DNA of 64,000 bases, taken from IMG/VR virus record IMGVR_UViG_3300025087_000034; one strand, written 5' to 3'. A program made the position numbers and the translations under genes. The DNA is from a virus. Lineage: Duplodnaviria > Caudoviricetes. The notes below the pieces were generated by a model. The model made no database searches. It saw nothing but the letters and a program-made list of their open reading frames with translations, and was not told the DNA's origin. Shown here one piece after another: positions 1-9,512 of this stretch. How positions within the stretch are numbered: position 1 is the stretch's first letter; each line of letters starts with the position of its first letter.

Positions 1-1
1 A

Positions 2-1120
2 GATATAAAGCCAGGGTATAAATACTACGGGCTTTCTGCGTCTACTGCTCAGTATATAATGATAAAAGAAGCTCTTTCTTATATTAGGGAAATACAGTTG
101 GGGGCGGTTGTTGTGGCAGGGGGGCCCCATTTTAATGCAGGGCAGTGTGTAGAGGAGGCTCGTGGTGACGGATGGGACCATATAGTGGTCGGTGATGGTG
201 AGGTGGCCTTGTTAGATATTATGTCTAATAAGGTTTCTAGGACTGACCTTGTAATATATGGCACCCCTATTTTAAACGTTGACGAGGTTCCTTTCCCCGA
301 CTACGATAAATTAGACATACATAAGTATAATTTTCCTTTAAAAGATGGATTAAAATGTGTAAATATTATAACTTCTAGAGGATGCCCCTTTAAGTGTGCT
401 TTTTGTAGCACTTCCAATAAGAAGCTAAGGCAAAGGTCAGCAGATAACGTTTTGGAAGAGGTAGACCTATTAATAAATAAGTATGGTTTTGATAGTCTTA
501 TGTTTGTTGATGACACAATGTCGATAAACTCTAAAAGATACTACTCAATACTGTCTGGTTTGGAGGAGTTTGACTTAAAATGGCGTTCTTATGCTAGAAC
601 TACTACTATAACCTATGAAGGCCTAGAAAGAATGAAGAGGTCTGGGTGTATAGAGGCAGGACCTGGCATAGAATCCGGAAATCAGGATATTTTGGATATG
701 ATAGGAAAAGGGACAAACGTTGAGTCAAATATTGCCTGGTGTAGGCGGTGTGAGGAAACAGGTATAACCTGTACACCCTCAATCATAATAGGTTTACCAA
801 ATGAGTCTTATAGTACTATTAATGATGCACTAGTTTTTATGGAGAGGGCTAAGACTAGTGCCTTTGCATATAATATGCTTATGCCTTTTCCTGACTCTCC
901 TATTTTACAAAATTATGATTACTGGAAAGATTATGTAACGGTATACCCTTATACGTGGGAAGATTGTGTTACTAAATCTAAGAAAATAACCAAGTGTTTT
1001 ATTTCTACCCCGTACCTGACAAGGGAACAGATATTGGAAGAGTACTATAAAAATTATGGTCGTTTTGCTGAAATCACAGGGTTTGACCCTAGAAAAAGGG
1101 GCACTAGAAAAGATGATTAG
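2..1120 (+). CDS. B12-binding-domain radical SAM protein (5'-partial, frame open to the left window edge)
   Basis: RGCPFKCAFC (CxxxCxxC) motif, VVAGGPH / GDGE cobalamin-binding segment, FVDDT and GIESG motifs; the frame has no stop from position 2 to the track start at 59. Confidence 0.9.
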   Translation, partial: DIKPGYKYYGLSASTAQYIMIKEALSYIREIQLGAVVVAGGPHFNAGQCVEEARGDGWDHIVVGDGEVALLDIMSNKVSRTDLVIYGTPILNVDEVPFPDYDKLDIHKYNFPLKDGLKCVNIITSRGCPFKCAFCSTSNKKLRQRSADNVLEEVDLLINKYGFDSLMFVDDTMSINSKRYYSILSGLEEFDLKWRSYARTTTITYEGLERMKRSGCIEAGPGIESGNQDILDMIGKGTNVESNIAWCRRCEETGITCTPSIIIGLPNESYSTINDALVFMERAKTSAFAYNMLMPFPDSPILQNYDYWKDYVTVYPYTWEDCVTKSKKITKCFISTPYLTREQILEEYYKNYGRFAEITGFDPRKRGTRKDD

Positions 1121-1724
1121 AACATATACACAGGATTGGTTTGATAGGTGTATACCTTCTTGGACAAAATATCTTGATAAATATAAGGGAAAGGAAAACC
1201 TTAGGTTTCTAGAAGTTGGAAGTTATGAGGGGCGTTCCACTTGTTGGTTGTTGGACAATATTCTTACACATTTATCATCTAAAATAAAGTGTTTTGATTT
1301 GTTTGAGGGTTGTTCTTCTCAGGGGGAGTGGTCTAAAGAACTCTACGATAGGTATAATATGAGTGAGGTTTTCAGGAACTTCATTAGTAATGTTTCTTCT
1401 TATGGTGACCGTGTTGAATATAGGGTAGGGGTTTCTCAAGAACTCTTACGTGAACTAGGGCATTCTCCCTTGTTTGATTTTATATATATAGATGGTTCCC
1501 ATATAGCTTGTGACGTTCTTGAAGATTCCGTTCTTGCTTTTAGGCTTCTTAAGCCCAACGGTATAATGATATTGGATGACTATACCTGGGAATTTTTTGA
1601 GGAACCTTTACGCCATCCTAAAATGGGAATAGATGCTTTTCTTACTATTTTTCATGGTCAATTTGATGTGTTGTTAAAAGACAGACAGGTTATATTAAGA
1701 AAGACAGGAATAAAAGAAGAGTAA
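1113..1724 (+). CDS. Class I SAM-dependent methyltransferase (Methyltransf_24-like)
   Basis: FLEVGSYEGRS and FDFIYIDGSH...ILDDY motifs; ATG at 1113 overlaps the upstream stop. Confidence 0.85.
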   Translation: MIRTYTQDWFDRCIPSWTKYLDKYKGKENLRFLEVGSYEGRSTCWLLDNILTHLSSKIKCFDLFEGCSSQGEWSKELYDRYNMSEVFRNFISNVSSYGDRVEYRVGVSQELLRELGHSPLFDFIYIDGSHIACDVLEDSVLAFRLLKPNGIMILDDYTWEFFEEPLRHPKMGIDAFLTIFHGQFDVLLKDRQVILRKTGIKEE

Positions 1725-1967
1725 GCAACCCCACGCCTAAGGGCGGGGGCTTTCGAGTCCTTGCTTACTAGGGAACAATTCCAAAAAAGGAGTCGTTAAT
1801 CGTTGAGTAGAAGAAATACATACACACCTACGGATGCTCCTCAAGTTCGTAGCAACTGTGACGCTGAATTAAAAACCCCTAGGGGTAGGGGTGGTGTTCA
1901 GCGTTTAAAAACTCTACCCAACCGTCCCGATGAGGATCTAATCTTAGCTTCGGCTAAGAGACAGAAC
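1721..1967 (+). ncRNA. omegaRNA scaffold of IscB copy 1
   Basis: Structured ~250 nt segment between the element left end and the PLMP-coding region, highly similar to 17451-17700; omegaRNA lies 5' of iscB in OMEGA systems; boundaries approximate. Confidence 0.75.
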
Positions 1968-3217
1968 TTGCGAGTCTCTGTCTATGTCTTAAACCAGCGA
2001 AGTCAGCCATTGATGCCAACAACACCAAGAAAAGCTGAGAAGCTATTGAAGGAGGGAAAGGCTATAGTTGTTAAGCGAGCGCCTTTCACTATTCAGTTGA
2101 CCTATTCTACGGGAGAGAACAAACAGCCCATCAGGCTAGGGGTAGATAGTGGTTTCGTACACGTAGGATTATCAGCAGTTTCAAAGAAACAAGAACTTTA
2201 CTCTGCCGAGGTTCAACTACGAATCGATATAGTGAATTTATTATCGGAACGTAGGTCTTATAGGAGAAATCGTAGAAATAGAAAGACTCGCTATCGTCAA
2301 GCTCGTTTCCTTAATCGAGGTATAAAAAAAGGCTGGCGGGCTCCTTCTATTCAGCACAAATTGGATAGCCATATTAGGTTGGTAAACAAGGTTAAGCAAA
2401 TCTTACCCATTACTGAGGTGGTGGTAGAGGTAGCCTCGTTTGATATTCAGAAGATAAAGAACCCAGAGATAAGTGGTAAACAGTATCAAGAGGGGGAACA
2501 AAAGGACTTTTGGAACACCAGAGAATACATCCTTCATAGAGATGACCATAAGTGCTGCCATTGTAAGGGTAAATCAAAGGACCCCATTCTTAGTGTTCAC
2601 CATTTGGAATCTAGGAAGACTGGTGGTGATAAACCAGCTAATTTGATAACGCTGTGTAAGACGTGCCACGATGATTACCATGGTGGAAAAATTGAATTGA
2701 AAGCGAAACCTTCCAAAGGGTTCAAAGCTGAAGTTTTTATGACAATGGTACGATGGCGCTTAGTAGAACAGTTGCAATGTAGGTACATCTATGGCTATGT
2801 CACCAAACAAGCTAGGGTATTGTTAGGCTTGCCTAAGAGCCATATCAACGACGCATTTGTAATCGTGAGTTCAGGGGCGTGTCCTAGAAGCCAAACCTAC
2901 TTTATTAAGCAGGTTAGAAAGCAAAATCGTAAGCTCTTTAAGGGACTACATAGTGGAATAAGAAACACAGCAACTCGTTATATCCAAGGTTTTCAACGGT
3001 ATGATAAAGTACTATGGAAGGGACAGGAGTGTTTTGTGTTTGGTAGACGAACCACGGGTTACTTTGACCTGAGATTATTAGACGGCACCAAAGTCCATAC
3101 TTCAGCTAAGGCTAAGGACTGTGTTAGACTAGAAAGCGGTAAAACGTTACTAACCCAAATAAGGAGCAGCGCTTCCTCCCCATGGTTAAAACCAAGGGTT
3201 TCCGCGCTGGAGATTCA
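1721..3217 (+). mobile_element. IS200/IS605-family IscB (OMEGA) element, copy 1, no tnpA
   Basis: Left end GTAAGCAACCCCACGCCTAAGGGCGGGGGCTTT hairpin and right end ...CGCGCTGGAGATTCA, both homologous to the ends at 17451-18936 and 60426-60682; encloses omegaRNA and iscB. Confidence 0.88.
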
Positions 3218-3221
3218 ATGA
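1968..3221 (+). CDS. iscB: IscB RNA-guided endonuclease (PLMP, split RuvC, bridge helix, HNH); track ORF starts at 1803
   Basis: VYVLNQRSQPLMP, RuvC-I LGVDSG, Arg-rich RRSYRRNRRNRKTRYR, RuvC-II VVEVASFD, HNH VHHLESRKTGGDKPANLITLCKTCHDDYH, RuvC-III SHINDAF; TTG start at 1968 is inferred. Confidence 0.93.
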   Translation: MRVSVYVLNQRSQPLMPTTPRKAEKLLKEGKAIVVKRAPFTIQLTYSTGENKQPIRLGVDSGFVHVGLSAVSKKQELYSAEVQLRIDIVNLLSERRSYRRNRRNRKTRYRQARFLNRGIKKGWRAPSIQHKLDSHIRLVNKVKQILPITEVVVEVASFDIQKIKNPEISGKQYQEGEQKDFWNTREYILHRDDHKCCHCKGKSKDPILSVHHLESRKTGGDKPANLITLCKTCHDDYHGGKIELKAKPSKGFKAEVFMTMVRWRLVEQLQCRYIYGYVTKQARVLLGLPKSHINDAFVIVSSGACPRSQTYFIKQVRKQNRKLFKGLHSGIRNTATRYIQGFQRYDKVLWKGQECFVFGRRTTGYFDLRLLDGTKVHTSAKAKDCVRLESGKTLLTQIRSSASSPWLKPRVSALEIQ

Positions 3222-3877
3222 CTGCTTTAGCTATAGTAGGAGCAGGGGGCCATGGTAGAGAGGTTTTATTATATTCTCAAGGGGTGCATGATTATAAATT
3301 TGAGGACGTATTTTTTCTTGACGATAATGAGAAACTAATAGGTTCTTATGTTTGTGATGCTTTGGTATTAGGTACAATAGAGGGGACCGTTGAAAGGCTG
3401 GATCCAGAAGATACCCTTTTTGTATGTGCCGTGGGTTCCCCTTATTTACGTATGGCCTTTGTTAACAGAGTACTCGCTGTGTGGGGCGACAGGGCTAAGT
3501 TCGCAAACATAGTGCATAGTAGTATTTTTTTATCGAAGTTTGTAAGTTTGGGTGTCGGGAGTATGGTTTGTCCTGGTACCTTAGTGACTACCAATGTAAA
3601 GATAGGTAACCATGTGAGTGTAAATTTGAATTGCACTCTAAGTCACGATGTTGTTATCGAGGACTTTGTGAATTTATCCCCCGCTGTACATTTATGTGGC
3701 GGTAGTATTCTTCGGGAGGGGTGCGACATAGGGGCGGCTGTAACTGTAATACCTAAGGTAGAAATTGGGGAGGGGGCTGTAGTAGGTGCCGGTGCTTGTG
3801 TTATTTCTGATATTCCACCACATAGTCTGGCTGTTGGTGTTCCTGCCAGAATTGTTCGTCACAATTTAAATAAGTGA
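3218..3877 (+). CDS. NeuD/PglD-like sugar O/N-acetyltransferase (hexapeptide repeat)
   Basis: IVGAGGHGREV N-terminus, left-handed beta-helix hexapeptides, VGVPAR end; ATG at 3218 directly after the IS right end. Confidence 0.9.
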   Translation: MTALAIVGAGGHGREVLLYSQGVHDYKFEDVFFLDDNEKLIGSYVCDALVLGTIEGTVERLDPEDTLFVCAVGSPYLRMAFVNRVLAVWGDRAKFANIVHSSIFLSKFVSLGVGSMVCPGTLVTTNVKIGNHVSVNLNCTLSHDVVIEDFVNLSPAVHLCGGSILREGCDIGAAVTVIPKVEIGEGAVVGAGACVISDIPPHSLAVGVPARIVRHNLNK

Positions 3878-3884
3878 GGGCCTT

Positions 3885-4910
3885 ATGAAAATATTAGTTT
3901 GCTGTCCGGGGTCTTGGCGTCATGGTTTAGATAGCCCAGAAAGAGGGGAGGGTCGTTGGGCACAAAATTTAGCTCGTTTGCTAGGAAAGCTGGGGCATGA
4001 TGTATATGCCTGTAGTATGGGTGCTCCTATATGGGGGGAAGGTATAGTTGCTCAGAACGTGCGTCTTATACAAGAGCACGAGGCTAAGCAATTCCAGCCT
4101 TTTGATATATACATAGATACTGCTTGGTGGAATGAGAAGGTTCCCTCTGCTACAGCAAAGAAAAATTTCCATGTCCACTGGTCATTAGAGCAGCATTTAA
4201 GAACAGTTAACTTTCCAAAAGACCACTATATTATTTATCCCTATTATAGTTCAAAAGAATATTTTATTGGGGATTTTAATCCTATAAATGATAGAACTTT
4301 CTTTTTACCCGTTCCTCTATGTGAGACATTTGCTGAGCCTTCTTTTGATAAAAAAAGTTTACTTTGTCCTACAAGCGGTAATTCTTGGGACCATGCTCCT
4401 TACGAGTTATTTTCTATTTTTTCTAGGGTTTTGAAGGAAATCTTAAAAGAAAACCCTGATTTATCTACTGATTGGTTGTTTAGTGACGCTCTTGTGCCAC
4501 CAATATCCAAGCGTAATCTTATTAGCGAGTTGGATAATCGGGCAGGAAAAGATAGGTTTCATAGAACCTTACCATACCATAAAGTAATGTCTATTATTTC
4601 CAGTTGTAAGTTAGCTGTTCCCCTTAGAATACAGGGCTGCCTATTGGATTCAACCGCCCTTGGTGTCCCTACTATTGTTTGGGAAGAGTGTTGCTGGTTC
4701 CCAAGAATTAAACAAATAGCGGAAAATAACGGTGTTCTTATAGAAAAGGGAAATGAAACATGTGATAGACTTAAGCATATTGTTTCTTTACTTCTTACAG
4801 ATAAAGAATTATATATAAAGTATGTTAAGGAGCTTCAAGGTGAACTTGGTCATCATACAGAGGCCGGTACTGCAGCGTGTTTTAATCATATATTGGAACA
4901 GATTTTTTAA
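3885..4910 (+). CDS. Divergent GT-B (GT4-like) glycosyltransferase
   Basis: GEGRWAQNLARLLGKLGHDV N-terminal motif and LDSTALGVPTIVW (EAxAxGxP-like) motif; paralog of 7306-8304. Confidence 0.55.
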   Translation: MKILVCCPGSWRHGLDSPERGEGRWAQNLARLLGKLGHDVYACSMGAPIWGEGIVAQNVRLIQEHEAKQFQPFDIYIDTAWWNEKVPSATAKKNFHVHWSLEQHLRTVNFPKDHYIIYPYYSSKEYFIGDFNPINDRTFFLPVPLCETFAEPSFDKKSLLCPTSGNSWDHAPYELFSIFSRVLKEILKENPDLSTDWLFSDALVPPISKRNLISELDNRAGKDRFHRTLPYHKVMSIISSCKLAVPLRIQGCLLDSTALGVPTIVWEECCWFPRIKQIAENNGVLIEKGNETCDRLKHIVSLLLTDKELYIKYVKELQGELGHHTEAGTAACFNHILEQIF

Positions 4911-4928
4911 TCGTATTTAGGAGGCACA

Positions 4929-5879
4929 ATGTCTTTCAAAAGATTAAATATTTTTATTACAGGTATAAATGGTTTTCTAGGAACTGCTACGGCAGAATAT
5001 TTTTTAAACTGTGGTGCACATGTTATCGGTTTAGTTAGAGATCAGAATAGAAAGACAATGAGGGGGATTCAGGATAGATGTTCCATTGTTTATGGGGATG
5101 TTACTGATAAGTCATTGGTTCAGCGTATTATTTCCCATTATGAGGTTGACTATGTTATACATCTTGCCTCTCAGCCCATAGTTAAGATTTGTGATAATGA
5201 CCCCTATACTGCTTATAATACTAATGTTATGGGCGTTGTTAGTGTTTTGGAGGCGTGCAGAGTAATGAGGCAGGCAGCACCACGGGTCTTGGTAATGTCC
5301 TCGGATAAGTTCTATAGTAATGCACAAGAGCTTCCTTATGTAGAGGATTTATCCCCTATTGTCTCTGATACATATTGTACGTCCAAGCTATGCCAAGATT
5401 TTATTGCCCGTTCATACGCTATTACCTATAACCTACCTATATTTACGGCTCGTGCGGGTAACATCTACGGTCCAGGGGACTTGAACTTGTCTCGTCTTAT
5501 ACCAAAAAACACCATTAGAATTCTTGAGGGTGATAATCCGGTTTTGTATGGTCAGGCGGCTGAGTTTGTTAGGGAATTTTTGTACATAGACGATATAATG
5601 ACTGCTTTTGACACACTACTTACAAAAGCGGTTCCAGGGGAGGCCTATAATATTGGTGGTACCAAGCCGTATAAGATACTAGATGTTTTAGAACTCTTAA
5701 GAGACAAGATAAACCCAAATATTAAAATAGATGTAGTTGATGTTGATTTTTACGAAATAAGCAAGCAGTATTTAGACGCTTCGAAACTCATGTCTTTAGG
5801 GTGGTGCCCTAAGGTTTCTTTGGACGAAGGTTTGTCTCGAACTATTTCTTGGTATAAAGACTATTTAAATAGGGTTTAA
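4929..5879 (+). CDS. NDP-sugar 4,6-dehydratase (CDP-glucose/GDP-mannose dehydratase-like extended SDR)
   Basis: GINGFLG, HLASQPIV, SSDKFY, YCTSK (YxxSK), RAGNIYGPGD motifs. Confidence 0.88.
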   Translation: MSFKRLNIFITGINGFLGTATAEYFLNCGAHVIGLVRDQNRKTMRGIQDRCSIVYGDVTDKSLVQRIISHYEVDYVIHLASQPIVKICDNDPYTAYNTNVMGVVSVLEACRVMRQAAPRVLVMSSDKFYSNAQELPYVEDLSPIVSDTYCTSKLCQDFIARSYAITYNLPIFTARAGNIYGPGDLNLSRLIPKNTIRILEGDNPVLYGQAAEFVREFLYIDDIMTAFDTLLTKAVPGEAYNIGGTKPYKILDVLELLRDKINPNIKIDVVDVDFYEISKQYLDASKLMSLGWCPKVSLDEGLSRTISWYKDYLNRV

Positions 5880-5884
5880 ATAAA

Positions 5885-6532
5885 ATGTACAAAAAATACG
5901 AAAAGGTTTTGTTAGAAGAGTGTGGCATAGATTTTAATCGCTATATAACCGTTTTGGCTAATAATGGTAACACTACTGGTATATATGCTGACGTTGCTTT
6001 GTTACTGTATAGGTTAGTAAGGTTTAGTGGTACTAATAGTGTGTTGGAGTTTGGTAGTGGCATGAGTACCCTTATACTGTCAAAGGCTTGTATGGATTAT
6101 GGTAAGAATTTGGTGGTGGGAGAGTCCGGGCGTAAGTGGTATAATATAACAAAGGTGTGTTTAGATGCACTGTCTTTAAACAGCAGAGGGTTTGTGTGTA
6201 CAGATAGCGATGAAAGTAAGTTTCCTGTTTTGGATGGTCCTGTTTCCTTAGTGTGGGTTGATGGTACTGTTTCCGAAGTACAGGGGCCTGGGTATAATAG
6301 GCTGGGGTCTTGTGAGTATTATTGGAATAGTATAAAAGGGGCCTGCCTTCTTTTTGATGATTCTGAGTCTGCTTATATGTCTGGTATTAAACCAGTACTT
6401 GAACAAAACGGCAGAAGTGACGATAGTTATTTTTTATTTAATCCAACCGGGAGAGGTGATAGGCAGGTCTTGGTTTCTGTACCAGAGTCTGGTGAACAAT
6501 TTTTAGACGTTGTAAAATCTTGTATTCTTTAA
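5885..6532 (+). CDS. Putative class I SAM-dependent methyltransferase
   Basis: VLEFGSGMST motif I, LVWVDG and LLFDD segments. Confidence 0.65.
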   Translation: MYKKYEKVLLEECGIDFNRYITVLANNGNTTGIYADVALLLYRLVRFSGTNSVLEFGSGMSTLILSKACMDYGKNLVVGESGRKWYNITKVCLDALSLNSRGFVCTDSDESKFPVLDGPVSLVWVDGTVSEVQGPGYNRLGSCEYYWNSIKGACLLFDDSESAYMSGIKPVLEQNGRSDDSYFLFNPTGRGDRQVLVSVPESGEQFLDVVKSCIL

Positions 6533-6542
6533 GGGGGGTATC

Positions 6543-7304
6543 ATGAGTTATAGAATTTCAGAAGAACAAATACGAAAAGATCAGGCAGAATTTAAGAAGG
6601 AGTATCCTCCGTTTGTGCCTTTTGCACTAAATTCTAGTGATAAAAATAAGTTAGCTAATAAGTTTTCTTCCCTACTAGTAACACAAAACGGAATGGACAC
6701 AGACGACTACTGTGTTAATGATAACAACAAGGTAGAGACGTATTTAAAGGACGTAAAACCTGGCAGCACTGTTTTACTTTTGGGTACGGGTACAGGAAGA
6801 GAGGTGCTGGTGGCTAAAGAGATGGGGTTTTTAGCTATAGGTACGACTTTGGGTTCACGAAATGTTTATTTTGGTCACAAGTTTTTGCGTTTGGGTCCGA
6901 GTGAGTTAGTTGAGTGTGCAAACGAGGTCCTACCTTTTAGAAACAATTCTTTTGACGTTGTAGCTGGGTTCCAAGTATTTGAACATGCCATAGCTCCGTT
7001 TTTATTTTTGATGGAGTTACGAAGGGTTTTGAAGTACGGGGGAAGGGTTTTAATGGAGTGGCCTCCTGCGTCAGACTACCATATGGGCCAAAATCCCCAC
7101 CATCAAGTTTGTTACTGTCCTGGACAGGCGGAGTCCTTGTTACAAAAGGCTTGTTTTGAAAATATAAAGTCCTATTATAGTAATTTGCAGCCCATACCAG
7201 ACGATGAAGTATGGTCTGCTAGGAATCACGGGCATATGTTGTGTGTTGAGGGCATAAAAAGTAGGGCCGAACAAGATTTTGTTGGTTTGTATTTAGGAGC
7301 TTAG
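6543..7304 (+). CDS. Class I SAM-dependent methyltransferase (type 11-like)
   Basis: VLLLGTGTGRE, LPFRNNSFDVV...VFEH, LRRVLKYGG motifs. Confidence 0.85.
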   Translation: MSYRISEEQIRKDQAEFKKEYPPFVPFALNSSDKNKLANKFSSLLVTQNGMDTDDYCVNDNNKVETYLKDVKPGSTVLLLGTGTGREVLVAKEMGFLAIGTTLGSRNVYFGHKFLRLGPSELVECANEVLPFRNNSFDVVAGFQVFEHAIAPFLFLMELRRVLKYGGRVLMEWPPASDYHMGQNPHHQVCYCPGQAESLLQKACFENIKSYYSNLQPIPDDEVWSARNHGHMLCVEGIKSRAEQDFVGLYLGA

Positions 7305-7305
7305 G

Positions 7306-8304
7306 GTGAAGGTACATATTAATTGCCCTGGTATGTGGAGGGCGGACTTGGAAAGCCCAGAAAGGGGAGAGAGCAGGTGGGCTCAAAACTTAGTTAAGTT
7401 GTTGGGCACTGCAGGGCACGAGGTTTATGCTTCTAGTTATGGGTACCCAGAGTGGGTTAACCCTCCTGTTCCTAATGTTACCCTACTTAATGAGACGATG
7501 GATATGAGGGTATTGGGGAAGCTAGACTTACACATAGACGCTTCTTGGTGGGACGGTAAGGTTTTTCCAATAGATGCTAAGAAGAAGGTAATGGTTAAGT
7601 GGTCATTAGAAGACTATTTAAAAAAAGAGCCGTTACCAAAAGACCATTACCTATTTTATCCTTATGAGTCTAGGGAAGTTTTATTTATGAATGACCAAAA
7701 CCCAAGTAGGGATAGAACTTTTTTTATGCCTATACCTTTGTGTGAAAAGTTTGAAGAACCAAAGTTTAATAACAAAGGTATTTTATGGCCCTCAAAGGGG
7801 TTAGACGTAGAGGCAGGCTTTAAGGGGACGGCTGCATTTGTTTTGAAAGAGGTTTTATATCCCCTCCTTGAGCAAGATAATTCATTATTCGTTATTTGGA
7901 TGATGTACCATGAACTTATAAAAACTGATTTAGATATACGAGTACGTAATGGAATAGATGAAAGATATCCTTCATGTGCTTATAATGTAGTTATTGACCT
8001 GTTAAAAAGAAGTAAAATAGCTTTACCAATAAACCATCCCGGATCTATATTAGAATGTGCAGCCTATGGTGTAGCTAGTCTTATATGGGAAGACGCTGGG
8101 TTTTTTCCTGAGGTAGCCAAAAATAATGGTTTATTAATTGAGCGTGGGGCTAAAAAAGAAAGGATTAAAGAAGTTATATTACAACTTCTTAACGATGAAT
8201 CAGTATACAATAAATACGTAAAAGATTTACAGTACGTATTAAGACATCATGAAAACCCAACAGCTCTTTCTATATTTAATGATATAATGAGCAAGATATT
8301 TTAG
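7306..8304 (+). CDS. Divergent GT-B (GT4-like) glycosyltransferase, paralog of 3885-4910
   Basis: GESRWAQNLVKLLGTAGHEV and ILECAAYGVASLIW; shares SPERGE, KWSLE/HWSLE, PKDHY, DRTFF motifs with 3885-4910; GTG start. Confidence 0.55.
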   Translation: MKVHINCPGMWRADLESPERGESRWAQNLVKLLGTAGHEVYASSYGYPEWVNPPVPNVTLLNETMDMRVLGKLDLHIDASWWDGKVFPIDAKKKVMVKWSLEDYLKKEPLPKDHYLFYPYESREVLFMNDQNPSRDRTFFMPIPLCEKFEEPKFNNKGILWPSKGLDVEAGFKGTAAFVLKEVLYPLLEQDNSLFVIWMMYHELIKTDLDIRVRNGIDERYPSCAYNVVIDLLKRSKIALPINHPGSILECAAYGVASLIWEDAGFFPEVAKNNGLLIERGAKKERIKEVILQLLNDESVYNKYVKDLQYVLRHHENPTALSIFNDIMSKIF

Positions 8305-8324
8305 CTTTCCTAGGAGGATTTAAA

Positions 8325-9206
8325 ATGACCGACCTACCCATCGTTTATTGTGCTATGTGTAAAAACAACCTTTTTCAGTTAAATGAGGCTGTTGAATCTG
8401 TTCTTCCGTTTGTTGACTATGTTGTATTGGTTGACGGAGGCTCAGACGATTGCACGCTATTCCATTTTCATGGAAGGGAGGACGAGGGTATACACCTATT
8501 TTTACACCCATGGAAAGACCATTTTTCTGAGCAGAGAAATAATTATATAAAGAGGGCCAGGGAGGTTGTGGGTTCGGACTCCTTTTGGATTTTGGTTAGT
8601 GACCCAGATGAGCACTTTGATTCACAAACCTTGATGTCTTTGAGGGGGGTTCAAAGTACCTGTGTTAGCAGGAGACTTAATTCCGCGATGTTCAGGTGTA
8701 GGAGTGAGTCTTACATAGGGAACAGGAAGGTGTGGGAAAATTTAGATGATTATCGAAAGTTGTTGTTTTTTTCATACGAACCGGGTATGGAGTACAGAGG
8801 AAATCCTCACGAGCACCTTGTTTTCCCGTCCGGAAATCCCCGGCCATTGGTGACTGATCTAATTTATTCACATAAAAAGTGGGAGTCCGTTATCTGGGAG
8901 CGCGGATGTCGCAATTATTGGATTCAAGGTGGGGGCGATAACGCCGGCGTAAAAAATCAACTTTGGGTGGAATTACGCCAACTTACAAAGGACTACTACG
9001 GAAGGGACCTATCTTGGGCTGAGTTCCAAAGGGAACTTGTCTATGCAACAATACCTGACACGGTAAAGAGTTGGATGATTAATAAAGCTAGGTTGGATAC
9101 AGGCTGGAGCGGGTCATCTGAATCTAGGGAAAATTACAAATATTTTTTCCGGTTTTTACATGCAGAATTAGAACCAGAAGAACTTCGTGGAACTTATATA
9201 GAATAG
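8325..9206 (+). CDS. GT2-family (GT-A) glycosyltransferase
   Basis: VLVDGGSDD, DHFSEQRN, VSDPDE (DxD), PHEHL motifs. Confidence 0.85.
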   Translation: MTDLPIVYCAMCKNNLFQLNEAVESVLPFVDYVVLVDGGSDDCTLFHFHGREDEGIHLFLHPWKDHFSEQRNNYIKRAREVVGSDSFWILVSDPDEHFDSQTLMSLRGVQSTCVSRRLNSAMFRCRSESYIGNRKVWENLDDYRKLLFFSYEPGMEYRGNPHEHLVFPSGNPRPLVTDLIYSHKKWESVIWERGCRNYWIQGGGDNAGVKNQLWVELRQLTKDYYGRDLSWAEFQRELVYATIPDTVKSWMINKARLDTGWSGSSESRENYKYFFRFLHAELEPEELRGTYIE

Positions 9207-9215
9207 GAGAAAAAA

Positions 9216-9509
9216 ATGAAGTACATGCCTGTAAAGGAATTTCTTGATAGTGGTTTATTATTCTTAGTAAATAAGGATATATTGCATCCTTTAGGTCTTG
9301 CGCTGTCAGTGTCCATAAGTGAAGAGGGAGAATATAGTTTTGTGGGTATTTGGGATTGTAGAGAAGATCCAGGCGGGCTTAGTTATGAAGAGGAAACCTA
9401 TAGAGACGGGCAGGAAAAGTGGCTGAAATATTATGATGAACAAGGTAGAAATAAAATAAGTGAGAGACACACTATTTTAGGTTATGTAGTACAAGAATTA
9501 GACAAGTAG
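9216..9509 (+). CDS. Hypothetical phage protein
   Basis: 97-aa ORF with AGGAG RBS, packed between flanking genes. Confidence 0.7.
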   Translation: MKYMPVKEFLDSGLLFLVNKDILHPLGLALSVSISEEGEYSFVGIWDCREDPGGLSYEEETYRDGQEKWLKYYDEQGRNKISERHTILGYVVQELDK

Positions 9510-9512
9510 ATT

